Assembly: GCA_951804945.1 (NCBI GenBank)
Contig: OX638158.1
Coordinates: 40,548,001 to 40,612,000, forward strand
Direction of reading: 5' to 3'
From: Podarcis cretensis
Taxonomy: Eukaryota
DNA: 64,000 nucleotides
A program made the position numbers and the translations under genes. Every line of letters begins with the position of its first letter. Position 1 is the stretch's first letter. Below the pieces are notes generated by a model, which was given only the letters and a program-made list of their open reading frames with translations, searched no databases and was not told where the DNA came from. Shown piece by piece: positions 49,379 to 63,226 of the stretch.

Positions 49379-51997
49379 ATAAACTGAAGGGAAGTGACAT
49401 GCTAGAAGGGACAGGACCTGACAGTCCATTCCTGTTTCCCCTCAAAAGTTTACTTATATGCAAAAAGAATGCCTGAATAGGGCTATTCTGCAAGCCAATC
49501 TGTGCTTAAAACTACACTTCAGCATTCATATGCATGCATGCACAACACATCCTTGCTCGATTTGCCTGTATGCATGAAAAGCACTACCAATAAAATGTCA
49601 TCACTGAAATAATGCTTCCAGCGATACTAAGACACAATGAATATCAATATCTCTTTTTAACTGGTTTAACATTCAAACAAGTCTCAGTTCACTGGTGATA
49701 GCATAACATTTTGTACTGCACACAACCCAAAGATTTAATTATTGGCTCTAGCTTTGCACATTTATCAAGAGCATGCAACTTGCTAAATCCTGCTCATAAT
49801 CCTTTGGTTAATTATTGTCTCAACCCAAAAGTGCAGTTATGATACTATTGGAATTTACTCTGCATATGAATGTCCCATTTCTGAAAGAAAAGTGTATTGA
49901 AATGGTTTGTGGGATACATGGAGGCAGCAATAGTAGAACTTGATTCTAGGGAAGAAGAGGACCAGTACACACAAATAAACCCAGGGATGCTATAATGTTC
50001 AGTGCTGAGGCATGGTGTATCATGTCAATGGAGACTGGCCTCTCCAGTACCTTGAGCAAGGAGGCAGGTTTATCTCTCTCCATAGTGGGGTTCCTATAAT
50101 CCAGTATTGTGAACTGAGTTGTACCTTGTCATTTTCAAAACCTCTCTAAAATTCCCTCCCCCAGTGAACTTTGATGCATAAATAGAATGATAGAACTGTA
50201 TGGTTAGCAATTTTGCAGTTCAAAAGGAGCTCCCTGTGAAATAATTCACCCTAAATGTATGAGCACAAGACCAAAACTAATGTACACACATGGAGAGTTT
50301 TCCAAGAGGCCAACCAATCACAGCCATGCAATGACATTTCGTGCCCTCACCATGTGTACTTCCAGTCGGACTGGGAGCATCACATACTCCTAGCTTCCTA
50401 CACCCATTTTTAAAAATCCAGTTTCACAGTTTGCCTGCCTCTCCCACTATTCATTCTATCCATATCCAGTTCAGCAGTTTCTGAATTTGGAATGTGAGGT
50501 GGTTCAGGAAACTGTTCAGGATCCTAGCAGTTCCTTCCACTTTTGAAAAAAGAAAGAAAAATAATAGAAATACAAATAAAACCAAATTCTGAAAGCTTTA
50601 CTACAAGTTTCTAAAAACAAAACCCCAAAACACCATCTTTATCTTTATATTCATCATTTATACCCCAGCTTTCTGTGGGAGTGTTATGCTATTTTAAGCT
50701 AGTGCTAAAATAAAACACAACATGGCATTGAGGACATTAGGATCCTCCTTTATAAAAACAAAAACAAAAAATGCCAGTTGAAAAGGATTGGGGCTGCCTA
50801 CTGAAACATGAACATGAATGTTGTACTTCCTTTGATTGAGCATTGTAACATCACTACAAGAAAAGCCCATTGAAATATTGATAGTGTCCCCTGTACACTG
50901 AATGTACCTAATGAAAAACTTTGATTTAATGAACAGATCCTCCATATTGTATCCATAGTTCAGGAAAATGAAAGAGAGCCACCAGTCTCTATTATCTTTC
51001 CTTTGAGACATCTTTTGATGGCCAAGACATTACAAACACTAGGCTCCATTGCCCCCTGAGCATGGACTCACACCAAACACTAAGTGTTGCTTTGGAAACT
51101 TTAGAATGCAAGTTCAATATTTCTGGCACAATGGCAAGCGGTACAAGGAGGAAAATCAGATCCCGATGACTCTACTAAAGTTTCTTCCTTCTAGAAACAT
51201 CTGTGAGGAGAGACCTTTAAAGAGTTTGGGGAAAGGGTTCTGGCCAATTTTGGCAGTTGCCGTCAATTTCTAAGTACAGCAATAAAGAAAAAATGAAAAT
51301 AAAGACTGCTTAAGTGATTGCTTGCTGTTTGGTTTCATATGCATGTAATCGCAAAACGCTTTATTAGAGCACCTGTGCTTCCTGCTTTATTTAGCTCATC
51401 CCCCCCCAAAAAAAAATAGGGGTTTCATGCTATTTTTTAATATTCCTTTGCCTCTTTCATGATGAAATTTAAGGAATTATATTGGCCAAAGGAGAGAAAT
51501 TTCAGAACTTTAATATCCAGTTAAATTGCACTCTTCCTTCCATTTGTTCAGATCTTTTTTTCTTTTTTATCCTCCTTCCCCAAGACCATTAACTGTCCAA
51601 TGGTCCAAAATTTGCTAGTCCATCTAAAATGTGCCAGTTATTATTATTCTCATAGTCTTCCCCTCTGTGGCACAATGCCCAAGTTCATGATGTTGCAATG
51701 TCAATCTGATGTTCTTGGCCCTCACTATCCAATGGAGCAGAAAAGAGCTATTGACATTGCTGTTCCAGGAACTCCTTTTCTCCCCTCCTCAGATTTTTTC
51801 TCTTGCCAGAGATATTCGCCAAACTCAAGGAAGGATCATTTTTAAAAAATATGTTGAATCGGATAAAGTCCAGGAAAGAAGATGAAAGGCATCTTATAAT
51901 CACAAACAAGCAATAATCTCTCATCTATATATTTATAGTAACCAAATCTACATCTATATCCATATCTAATCCAATCTAAAAAAATAAACATAAACAT

Positions 51998-52022
51998 ACA
52001 CACACACACACACACACACACA
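51998..52022. repeat. (CA)n microsatellite
   Basis: Seen directly. Confidence 0.9.
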
Positions 52023-52471
52023 ATCGTGGGAATAAGATACATTTCTTCTTCACATGAGCAGATACCATTGACTGGAGGTGGGTCAATGGTAAATCAAGAT
52101 CTGCTGGGGGTTTGCAGCAGATCAGCAAGGATTTCTGACTTCCAATAGTTTAATATCACTGCAAGTAAAAAAAAAGGGGGGGGGGATTTCTGCCATGGCT
52201 GGCATTCTACTAATCACTTCTTTTTCACCCTCTATTTCCTCACTTGTTGTCTTTCACCAGGTCACCATGCATGTTGGCCAGTTTTAGAGTTTTAAGTGAA
52301 AATCCCTGATTTTTATTCATTCATGTGTTGATTTATACTCATATAGGAAAGGGGTCACAATCTATGGCTCATGGAGTGCAGTAGGTACCCCATTTGGTTG
52401 TATGCCTACCACAAGGAGCTAACACTTCATAAATGACCCTTTCCCCTCACACTAAGGCTGTATCCAGACAC

Positions 52472-52807
52472 TAAAGGTAAACGACCCCTGACAGTTAAGT
52501 CTAGTCGCAGACGACTCTGGGGTTGCGGCACTCATCTCACTTTACTGGCTGAGGAAGCCAATGTTTGTCCGCCGAAAGTTTTTCCAGGTTATATGGCCAG
52601 CATGACTAAGCCGCTTCTGGCGAAACCAGAGCAGTGCACGGAAACGCCGCTTACCTTCCCACCGGAGTGGTACCTATTTATCTACTTGCACTTTGACGTG
52701 CTTTCAAACTGCTCGGTTGGCAGGAGCTGGGACCGAGCAATGGGAGCTCATCCCGTCGTGGGGATTCGAACCGCCGACCTTCTGATCAGCAAGCCCTAGG
52801 CTCAGTG
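52472..52807 (-). mobile_element. Sauria SINE, near full length
   Basis: tRNA-like head with B box (minus strand ggttcgaatcc), conserved core 'ccttcccaccggagtggtacctatttatctact', BovB-like tail ending in ACCTTT repeats. Confidence 0.93.
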
Positions 52808-55800
52808 CATGTTTTATGTGAAATTTCACATGACATAAAAACCACTTCTGGAAATCTAGCAGAAACTAAATCTAGCTGAAAGCAATTTCATGTTAATTGC
52901 TTTCAGAGAAAAACAATGGTTGCAATCCCACTAACCTGAAAAATCACAGGAGTTTTGCTCTGTACTTTTCATGAATCCTGCCACCACTGCTCACCAATGA
53001 AATTTGGGGTGGTATTCCAGCATACAGTTATTTACTACTACTTTTGTTGGAGACCAATGGGAGAACAGAAATGCACAGAGACATAATGTATGACATCATG
53101 TTGTGGTTGTGTTGTGAAAAGCCCTGAGACCTCCAGGTATTGGATGGTGTGTAAGTTGAATTAAGAAGATGAAGAAGTCCGATTACATTCACTGTTTTGT
53201 CACACCAGGCCCACTGGCTTGAATGAAATTCAGCACAACATGGTAGCATATCAGTCCAAAAGCCACAGTTTTGATAATGTAACAGGCAATACAGTATAAA
53301 AGGTACATTAGAAATGAGACAAAACTCTAGCATTAAAACCAGGAAAACAAATGCAGTAACGAATGCCCTCTAAGTTAAAACTAAATGCAATGAATCTCAT
53401 TAATTTGAACTATGTGTCACTAATGCGTATCTGTAGAGGTAAATTATTTACAAGAGTCTATTATTTATAAAAGCCATATAAGAAATGCCAAAGGGACTCT
53501 TCTTTTTTAACAATAACATGAGCCTACTATTCTCATTGTAAATTAAGATGTTGTGGTTGCACACTGGTTAACTACTTTACTTTCCTAACATTTTTTTAAA
53601 AATGTTAAGACCATGCACTATTCTGAATTAGACAGAATTTATTGTCTTTATGTATTATTTCATATGCATTATTAAAACACCTGCAACCTGGGCAATTCCC
53701 TGAAAGAAATGAAATTTTTAATGCTGTTTGAGCATGAGTCAATGTTCATGTGCTGAACCAATGTGTCGAAGAAATTGTCTCAGGCAGCAGTTTTAAATGC
53801 TTGATAGAACTTTTGGAAATCGCCCAACTAATTTCCTGAAGAGCTGAAGGAGTGAGGAAATCAATATGCTTGGAGAACATAATGGCTCCCAGTGGACAGT
53901 GGTACAACATCTAGTCCACCCTTGCTTACCAGTACAACCCATCTATCACAGCTGTCATAAAAGGGCTATCTCATTTGAACTGGGCTTCCTTTCATCACAA
54001 CGGTTGCAGGAACTGACCGAAGCAAACTTGTCAAACTACATGATGAAGTTGTAGGCATCACTATATCTTTCTTTCTTTCATTTTATTTTTAAAAGGCAAA
54101 GGAAGAATGCGTTCCTTTACAGAAAAGCATAACAAGCTATAATTTCCCCGGCACTTTTTAGTATACAAAGTTATTTATATTCTGTATTACTTTTACCTCT
54201 TGGGATTATTTTAGTTTTTCAAATTGATCACTGAGGCAGTGGAAGTGTGTGATAACAAAGCAAGAACAGGGGGAAGAGACACAAACTTTAAAAAAAAAAA
54301 ATCTACCTTTTTTGTTTTATACAAGAAGTTCAAGATAAAGCCAGGTGCCAAGCTGTGGTTTAGGGAGGTCAGAGCAGACATATTTATATTTAAAGGACAA
54401 GGTATATTTGAGCACATGTTTAGTTGGGGGATTACTTTTCAATATCAGAACTGAGCTCGTGATCTTTTCATCAAAACAACTACCACCTCCTGCTTTCCTC
54501 CCTTCTTTCTTTGCTTAAGCACCCTTATTTAGAAGAATAAATAAATAAGGTTATTGGTTATTGCTGTCATTTAAAACAATTGTGAGACAATACACCAATC
54601 TACTGTATATAACCCAGAGATCTATTTCCTGCTCATTCTGGAACTAGAATGACCAGTGATATCTGTTCTGACACTCTGTGCTCAGAGTTTTAGAAAATTT
54701 TGAAAGGTCTTGGAGAAGATTAAACGACATTTCATTATTAGTAACATCAAAAATTGTAATTGCCTTGAAATTTTACAAATACTGTGCTATAAACTCAGGT
54801 GACAGTTTCACCATTTCAGATCTTGAAAAACTTACTCTGTTGAGAAAACATCATTTTTTCTGAAGTAACGTTTTTGTTTCGAAATGTATAGAGGTTTTTT
54901 ATGCTGAGTAAAATATATGGGTAAATGGCTCTGTAAACTTTACTGTGTTTCTGTGAGGAGCTGTAAAGATACAGTTCACCCGATGGAGACCACTGGGCCA
55001 CCTGGGTGATAGTTAAACTATTCTTTACATTGTTTCAAACAAGAGATGGTTATGTCAGTGAATTTTCTGTCTTCAGATACAGAAGCAAAGGCATCGAAAG
55101 CCAGTAAAATTGTAAAATTGTAATTGTAATTGTAAAATTGTCAATAAGAGGAATGAATTCCACCAAATTGAAATTATTTAGCCACTGGATGTGTCTGCAT
55201 GTGTGAACATGGCTTGAGAGGATAAATGGCCAGGCTGTGGTCATGGGGAGCAGTGATGTGGCTGCTGGTCAGCTGAAGGGATAGCTGGAATTAGGCAATG
55301 GGCATTCATGGCTTTAAGAAGTGGCCGAGAGAATGGAACTGAAACATTTTTAAATGCCAGAGATTATGCAGTATAATGTCTCCTTTTAATCTCCTCCCTT
55401 CTTTCAATGGATGTTTTGCCTCACACTTGAAGAAATAGCATATTTCTTAAAACAGCTCCTTCCCAAATTTACAACTCCCTAAAACATCTTCATTGGGCTG
55501 AAGGCAAAACTCCCCAGAAGTGATCAGGTGGTTCCTGTGGTTTGTTCTTCCCCTTGCCTGCCTGCTTTCTCAAGAGATATTTGGTTGTTCACTGGGAGAT
55601 ACCTTAATTGTTTCTGAATGTGCTGTACCTGTGCCAGCAGCAGCTTGTGTTTCTCAGCCTTGCCAAGTCCTTCATTTCAATTTAGAACTCCTGACTTCTG
55701 AAAAGCACACAGCAAGGAGCCAAACTGTCATTGCTATCTTCTGCAGATGTCTTTAAAATCTTGGTGCTGATCCAGGTTTGCTCCAATGAAGAACTGTGAA

Positions 55801-57689
55801 ACAACTGAAGCTTTACAATGAAGTGTGTCATATTGGTGAGGGGGAAAGTAAAGAATTATTCCTGTGCTGGTCCTTGGGAGTAAGAAACATAAAGTGTTAG
55901 AGCAATATATGCGTATACTTAATGGAACCAGCTTCTATGCTATTAAAGGGAATAGAACTTGAGTTCGAAGATCATAGTGTTTGAACATGACATTTTGCAT
56001 TTCCCATCTCTGACAGAAGTTGATTAATTTAAAAAAATCTTGAAATGAATGTGACATATTAACCTCGATGGCTAAGGCTGCATTTTTGTAAACTGCTTTC
56101 AGGAGAGCTTTTTAGCACTGAAAGGTGGTATGAAAATGTTTTATTAAATGAATACATTTGGACCTTCTTGACAATACTGGTATCCCATTAAAGAAGTGTC
56201 TCAAACCCCATTTTGGAACCAGATTAAGACATATGTATATAGCCATGGAAACAATAATCTAATTCTTCAGCCATCTTCTTCCCTGCCTTGCTAGCTGTTC
56301 CTCATCAACCTTGTCCATGCAATATTCTAAAGTAATTTCCTTGTTCCTATCTGTTTACCCCATAAATTGTCAAGTATAGCCCACTTCTAATGGATTAATA
56401 AATGCATGTGGATGGAGCTGCTGCAGGAATTCAGGTCCTTGGACCTTCATTTTGATCATTTTAGCAATGCTCCCCCCCAAAAAAAAAAACTGATTTCAAA
56501 ATAGCTTTCATTCCATTTATGTCTAAGTGCCCTGTGTTTATGTTTTCCTATTAATAAAATGGGTTATTCTGTTTCACTGTGTTATTATTCCTATGGATTT
56601 AAAAATCTGTCAAGCTAAACAACTCTGTTGTGTTCCTTCTTATTGATAGATTCGGTGCAATTGAAAATATACTCCCAATCTGTCTCCAAATAGGGCTTGT
56701 ATATAGGCAGATATTACTACTGTTCTGATGAGCAACTGAATTTTAAAGAAAATTTAACTGGGAACTGGATAAGAGTACCACAATAATAATAATACAAATA
56801 TCCTTAATGAAGGGTTTTTGTGCAACCCTTTTTGTGTATTTTGCTTTCTTTTCCAGCATGCTCATAAATTAAAGAGACAACTATACACTATTGAAGTATC
56901 CATCTGAGTGCCATAATAGCTGCCGCAGTTACATGTAGTGCAACTTCTAAGGCACAAATGCTTGCTATTAAGGACCAAGCCACTCGGTGCAAGTTGCTTT
57001 TGGCACTGTGGATAGAAAATCCTATACTGATCAACACTTATTTTATTTATATGCAAAGTATAATACTGAACATCAAACTGAAAGGTGTGTAGACTTTAGT
57101 TTGAATGTTCTATCCAAGTGAAGTTCAAAGCATAACATATTTGCAAGGCAAAAGAAAAGAAAAGAAAAACTTTGGTAGCTATCTTAGCAAATAGGACTTT
57201 CAGAAGGCTTTTACCGTATGCAGTAAAGTATATGCAGTAAAGCTGTTGTTTTTAAAAAGCCTTAGTTTTATACTTTGATCTCAGGATTCATCCCTATTGT
57301 ATTGCCTTTCATTTTCAGACACAGTGGGGCAGATCAAATTACTCATAAATGGGCAAGGAAAAGCTTGCCAGTATTGTCTGCATGTTTCACCTGTATTCTG
57401 GCTATACAATGAATTTTTCAACACCATTTCATGTAAAATGGAGGTTACATCAGTCAATTAATGATTGTACAGTTGTTTCTGTCAGGTTCAAAGACTTCCT
57501 ATTTTTGATAGATGCTGGTGCCATTATGCTACATAAATGATTTACAGTGGAATGCAACAAAATAGCTTCTGGTATCAATTGTCTTGAGTTATGACAACAA
57601 TTCAATAGCCACTTAGCTTTGGGACCAAACAAGTAGACCTTTCCTAGAGGATTCCATACTTGGGATGTGCCCATTGGCTTCCATTCACT

Positions 57690-57940
57690 TGGTTGGATCA
57701 TTTAAGCTTTTTGCCAGCCGTTCTAAAAACATTCTTGTTTTGGCAAGCCTACCTGATGCTCAGAAAGTTGATGTGAATGTTTTAGTGTTTTATCTTTTTG
57801 TATGTTTTAAAGTATTGCTGTCTTTCCCCCCTTGATTTTATTGTTTAATCTTTTTGTATACTGCTTTGAGGGGTGTTTTTTTAAAATAAAAATAAAAACA
57901 CCACCACTAATCAAGTGGTGTATAAATTTTATGAAATAAA
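57690..57940 (+). mobile_element. Old L2 3' fragment
   Basis: LKTFLFWQAY terminal motif followed by a T-rich UTR. Confidence 0.5.
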
Positions 57941-59737
57941 AAAATAAAAAAAAATATATAACCACATTTACTTTTTTGAATTACATAGGAATGATGCTGC
58001 TGTGTTAGAAGATATAGAATAACAGCACAGTGAAGGAAAATGGAGTGCTGCCTCCAGTGTGGCAAAAAGTTTAAAACCACAAAACACATTTAAAACCAAA
58101 ACAGGAAAACATCTCAATATTAAAAGTGCAATATAAAAGCAAGTAGCCCATTGTTTCCTCGTCAATGTGCCTCTGACCTGGCCCTAGATATTTGACTGTC
58201 TGAGGCCAAATACAATATGGCAGACATATCACAAGTACAACATTCAACCACATTGACAGTTGAGCTTTACTTTAACTATAGGACAGCATCTTCCACCACA
58301 TCTGAGGGCAACAGACTAGTTTAGGGAGCACTAAGTTAGGGTGAAAGTTCAGAAGGGTGGTTTCCACCACCCAACTCCTCGAAACCTCCTGCCTTAGGGT
58401 GCCACCTACTTAATAGTAGGTCCTACCCACCTGGTCTGGCTATAAATGTTTCAAGATCATGGTTGGGCCTTTGGCCTAGTGAGCAGCCAAATAAAGTTTT
58501 GCCTTCATGCTTCCTATCATATTTCCTTGTACTTTTCCTTGCCTGTTTTCCACCCATCTCAGTCTGCCAGCTTACTTGCCATTTGTGGACCTGCTTGCCT
58601 GTCTTTCTGCCTGCACCCTCATTCTAGTCCTTCTTGGGACAGACGTCTCTGCTCAGCCTCAGCCCATATTTGACCCTGCTTCCAGTTTGAGCCTCACATG
58701 CACCTGTACAATCAGCACACTATCAAATGGGCGCGATTCATATCTCCGCTCCCATAAGTTTGGTAACATGCTACCCAAGGCTGACAGGTAGAACTGAAAA
58801 AAAAAAAGATGGATCAAAGAATAGATGTTGTTTTCAGTGTCAAACAAGTTGCCCATCCCTAGATTAAATGTATACAAAGGATGGTGAATTAAATGAGGAA
58901 AGAAGCATTGGGAAAGATACATTGCTATCTGATTCTTGAAATATATTCAGTTACAATAATGAGTGGCACTTTTTTGACACCAAAATGCCAGTTGGGAATG
59001 GATTTTCCCGTTACATACTTAGTTTGGATCAATGTTTCTAGCCTTACCAAACTCAAATGAGCCAATCAATCTTTCCGAATTTTGACCCTTTAAGTTGCCT
59101 GTCCAATCATGTGAGAAAAAGAGTCTACACTAAAATGCAATTACAGGGACACCTCATTCTTATGTCAGGCCCAGTGGGAATTAAAATCCCTGAAAAGTGC
59201 CATTAAGCAATCAATTATTTAAGCAGTGGATGACACTGTGCAAGTATTTATGATTTTATTGGTGCCTGTAAACTAAAGGGCAGCTGCAGTTACTACCTAC
59301 TATCATGTTAGTATCTTTTCCTGACAATGCCCTGGTGAAGCTGAAGTGAGATTTTTAAAATATTTAATCTGAATTTAAGGCTTGTTGTTTATTTATTTCC
59401 TAGCATAGTTTCCCATGCTTTTTCAAGCTCAGAAATACACAGCGATACTCTAGTTGTCAAAAGAGCTGTCACCGTATATGATATATGGGTAGAATTAGGC
59501 ATTAGATCTGAGGGAAAATATCAACTGTGACTGCATTTGTTATATATGCAAAAGGACATTTGTACTACACAGTGACTGAAGTGACAGGGAACAGAGAAGC
59601 TTGTTTATTATTCCAAGAGTGACTGAGGAGTGAAATGCCATGCAGTGACATGGTCCAACACTGTGCTGAGGCTTAGCTGAGCTAAGAATTTTTTTCTGCC
59701 ACACAGCTCGGGGTCTGTTCACATGGCCATGTTGGAG

Positions 59738-59798
59738 CACAATAGCCCTGGGAAAATCATATATATCACATATATATGATTTTCCCAGGGCTATTGTG
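59738..59798. repeat. Perfect 29-bp inverted repeat with 3-nt spacer
   Basis: cacaatagccctgggaaaatcatatatat-cac-atatatatgattttcccagggctattgtg. Confidence 0.95.
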
Positions 59799-60978
59799 GT
59801 CTGCCAATCATATGTTTGCTGACAGTCAGCAAGAATCAACTTTGGAACACCATGGCCAACAATTTATTTGGTGGAATTTCAGAAGGTGAATCCTGAGAAT
59901 GGTGACAGTAATGCATGATCAGCAGGCCACAAACTGAACATTTTCTTTATATAACTCGGAGGGAGGAGGATGAGGACAATACCAGAATTAGCTGGGTCAG
60001 TTCTGGCACCACCTTCTGTTGGGTTCCTTGCTTTTTTGCCCCAACAGTCCTCACAGATTGCTACATTTTCTAAGGAACTGGCAGATTTTAAACCACAAGT
60101 GTACTCTGTATCAATGAGTTTGACTCTGCTGAATGCAATAGTCCTTCTCCCCATGTTTATTTTTAAAAAATAAGTACACATGTGACAATAAACTGTGGAC
60201 TGCAAGTAGAAGTAAAACAAGAGTCAAAACAGAGTTATCTTGCAGTTTCTTGTATTTTGAATATGCTTCCAGAAATATATGAGGATCCCTGCTTTTCCTA
60301 ATGAAGAGATGCTTCAGGAGGAAGTGCTACTGAGTTGGTCTTTGGCCAGAGATCACTGGTTACTTACAGTTTATTTTTAGGTCATATTCAGTTTATTTAC
60401 AAATCTTCAGATATAGAAGACACTTGGGATACTTTTATGAGAAGGCAAGCCGATGGCTGCCAAGAGCGGCTCACGTAGTGGAGCAGAGCCACAAGGTTAG
60501 CTTTCTGGCATCAAAAGGAAGGATGAGGTGGTAGGGAAGTTGGGTCTGTGCCAGCTTGCCCTCCAGTTAACCAGCAGCAGCATTGGTGCCAGGAAGCCAA
60601 GATTGTAGCTCTGCCCCACCTGGTGAACAACGGCTGGTGGAAACCAAGTACCTAAAGATCTGCAAAGAGAATGAAGACGGTATATTTTACTTGATAACTG
60701 AAAGTGCTATCTGAAAGACCATATTTCCTCACAGGAATTTGCCCTGGTTTTTAGCTGTCTTTATTTTTATCTTTAAGCTGCCTCAGGGAAAAAGGGAAGT
60801 GTATAAATAAAATACTAATAATGATGATGTGCTCTCTATATTAGGTGTTTCATGTGATTTTTTAAAATAGTACAATGTATTTATGTTTTCAGATGTGTTT
60901 GGAGATGTTTGTGTAAGAACACTGTGCTACCATGGCTGGGGCAATCCTACTCATCAATATGTGAGGCAAATGCAAGCA

Positions 60979-61033
60979 GCTAACTGAATTGATCAGCAAA
61001 AAACTGAAATGCTAACTGAATTGATCAGCAAAA
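60979..61033. repeat. Exact 23-bp direct duplication
   Basis: gctaactgaattgatcagcaaaa at 60979-61001 and 61011-61033. Confidence 0.95.
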
Positions 61034-61110
61034 TACGTTTCAGGAAATACTCGTGGGTAAGAACTCATTAATTGGCGGTGCTTGAATATAGGGAAATGAT
61101 TCCATTGCAT

Positions 61111-61154
61111 TGTGTGTGTGTGCGTGTGTGCGCGCGCGCGCGCGCATGTGTGTG
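61111..61154. repeat. Compound (TG)n(CG)n alternating purine-pyrimidine tract
   Basis: Seen directly, includes (CG)7. Confidence 0.95.
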
Positions 61155-62522
61155 TTCCCCTCTCTTTTTCTTTTTCTTTTTCTTTTGTTTTTTCTTTCTT
61201 TCTTGCTATCTTTCCTTTTTATTCTGGAAAATTTTTAATAAATATTATTAAAAAATAAATAAAAATAAAATCTTCCACAGAACAAAGCACAGAAGGATGC
61301 TGTGGAAGGTTGCTTGGAATTTATCGCTTGCCGAGTACAGAGATGTTCTTCTCTGTTGCTGCCAGACACCATTAATGCACACGCTGTTTGTTTTAACGTG
61401 ATACACAATGGTTGCATTTTGGTGAGGACTGTTGATGTGCCTGGAAGTCTCAAGAAATAACAGCTTTTTTCATTTAAAAAATGAACAGGTTTGTTTTTTT
61501 AATCTCGATGTTTCTGAAAGTTTTGAAGCACATTTTATTTTATTTTTTATTTTTAAAAAATATTTATATATGACTGTATCATACATCACAGCAGTTTACA
61601 ACAATATAAAAACATAAAACCAAACAAAAGAATCACAAAAAGTTTTTTAAAAAAGCAAGAAGAAATTAAAACCAAACACCAATGGACCATTGTGGGGGAT
61701 GTACTGTGAATTGCCTGCACAGGCCTGACATGGGAAGTCATTATGAACAAGAGAGCATGTACAGAGTACATTTTCCTCACTGACAAATCAAGGGTCGCTC
61801 CCCACCCACCTTCTAACAGTTGCATTCAAGCAGCAGGCCTTCCCCTCTCTTTTTCTGTGGCATTGACTGAGTGCTCACAGCTGCCTGCCTCTTCTGCCTT
61901 TTATCTTAGGGCAGAGGAAGCTTTCAGGTAACCTGTTGCCTGATCAGAGCACATTTCCTCCTCTGGGTCATGTGTAGAAGTAGGTGTCATGCTGCTTTTG
62001 TAAACAGCCTCATGAAGTCATAAGGGATGTGAGAAACAGTACGCGCTGCTGCAGCTGCTTCTCCTACAATTGTTTTCTCTTTGATATTTCCAGCTCTGGT
62101 GCCAAGAGGTTTGTCCGTGTTGACCAAGCTGCTTTGTGCTATGCTTCAGCTAGAGGCTGAAAGGAAACAGCTCCAAGCCATGGTTGATATCAGTAACATG
62201 TTACCCGAGTCCAATTATAATTAGACTTTCCCCAGGATGAACCTCCAAATCCTTTGCTGTCTTCCCCCTTCCCCGCACTTCCCTCGTGTTGAAAGGGGGA
62301 TGCAAGATTTACAAAGAAAAACAATTGGTACTGTCTGATGCCTCTGCACCTTCTGTGCTGGCCATGGGAAATCCCTTCTATCATTCTGTTCAGCTGAATC
62401 TGGAATGCATACTTTCTGGATGATAATCCTGGAATCGAAAACCAGTCAAAGAGCCAAACATTAAACTAATGTGCATGCAGTGTAAAGAAGCAGGCCGGCC
62501 CTTTCAGCAGCAACCCTATACT

Positions 62523-62713
62523 GAGAGCCAATGTGGTGTAGTGTGGTTTGAGTGCCAGACTAAGTTCAAACAAAGCCATGAAGCTCACTGGATGACCTTG
62601 GGCCAATCACTGATTCCCAGACTAACCTACCTCACAGGGTAGTTGTGGAGATTAAATGGGGAAGGGGAGAACCATGCCCACCACACTGAGAATGACACAG
62701 GATATAAATAAAA
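62523..62713 (+). mobile_element. MIR/Squam3-like CORE SINE
   Basis: 'gccaatgtggtgtagtg...tgaccttgggccaatcac...ctaacctacctcacagggtagttgtggagatta...ggatataaat'. Confidence 0.7.
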
Positions 62714-62715
62714 TA

Positions 62716-62941
62716 CAGTGGTACCTCAGGTTAAGTACTTAATTCGTTCCAGAGATCTGTACTTAACCTGAAACTGTGCTTAACCTGAAGCACCACTTTA
62801 GCTAATGGGGCCTCCTGCTGCCGCTGTGCCGCCGGAACCTGATTTCTGTTCTTATCCTGATGCAAAGTTCTTAGCCTGAAGCACTATTTCTGGGTTAGCG
62901 GAGTCTGTAACCTGAAGCGTATGTAACCTAAGGTACCACTG
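62716..62941. mobile_element. TcMar/Tigger-type MITE, subfamily B
   Basis: TIRs cagtggtacctcaggtta/taacctaaggtaccactg; TA flanks on both sides; inserted at the SINE tail. Confidence 0.9.
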
Positions 62942-63167
62942 TATACTGTTGCGAGCTGGAGGGGAAGTAGGCTGCATGTCTGAGTTCCTTTCAGTGCCTG
63001 GATCTAGCAAGGATTCAATTGCTGAAATAGCCAAGCAAGGGTCAGAATTGCCCCCTAAGTATGGGTAATTAAGGCAAAAAAAGAGAAGTGGCTCTGGGCC
63101 AGAGGAAAAATGGGTGGGGCCGCCCTCTCTCAACCTGGCTAGTAGTTAAAATCCAGAGCCAGAAAGG

Positions 63168-63180
63168 GTGTGTGCGCGCA

Positions 63181-63223
<43 letters not shown>
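63168..63223. repeat. (GT)/(CG)/(CA)n alternating tract
   Basis: Seen directly. Confidence 0.9.

Positions 63224-63226
<3 letters not shown>

Noticed and set aside
52740-52807. tRNA-like sequence with a B box
   Set aside because: It is the head of a Sauria SINE and lacks a complete cloverleaf.
58430-58697. TATA-like motif followed by a pyrimidine-rich LTR-like stretch
   Set aside because: No TG...CA termini or TSD found, so it could not be supported as a feature.
59879-60220. 113-aa minus ORF with a plausible acceptor near 60200
   Set aside because: Unrecognised peptide, AT-rich start containing AATAAA, and a weak donor; consistent with chance.
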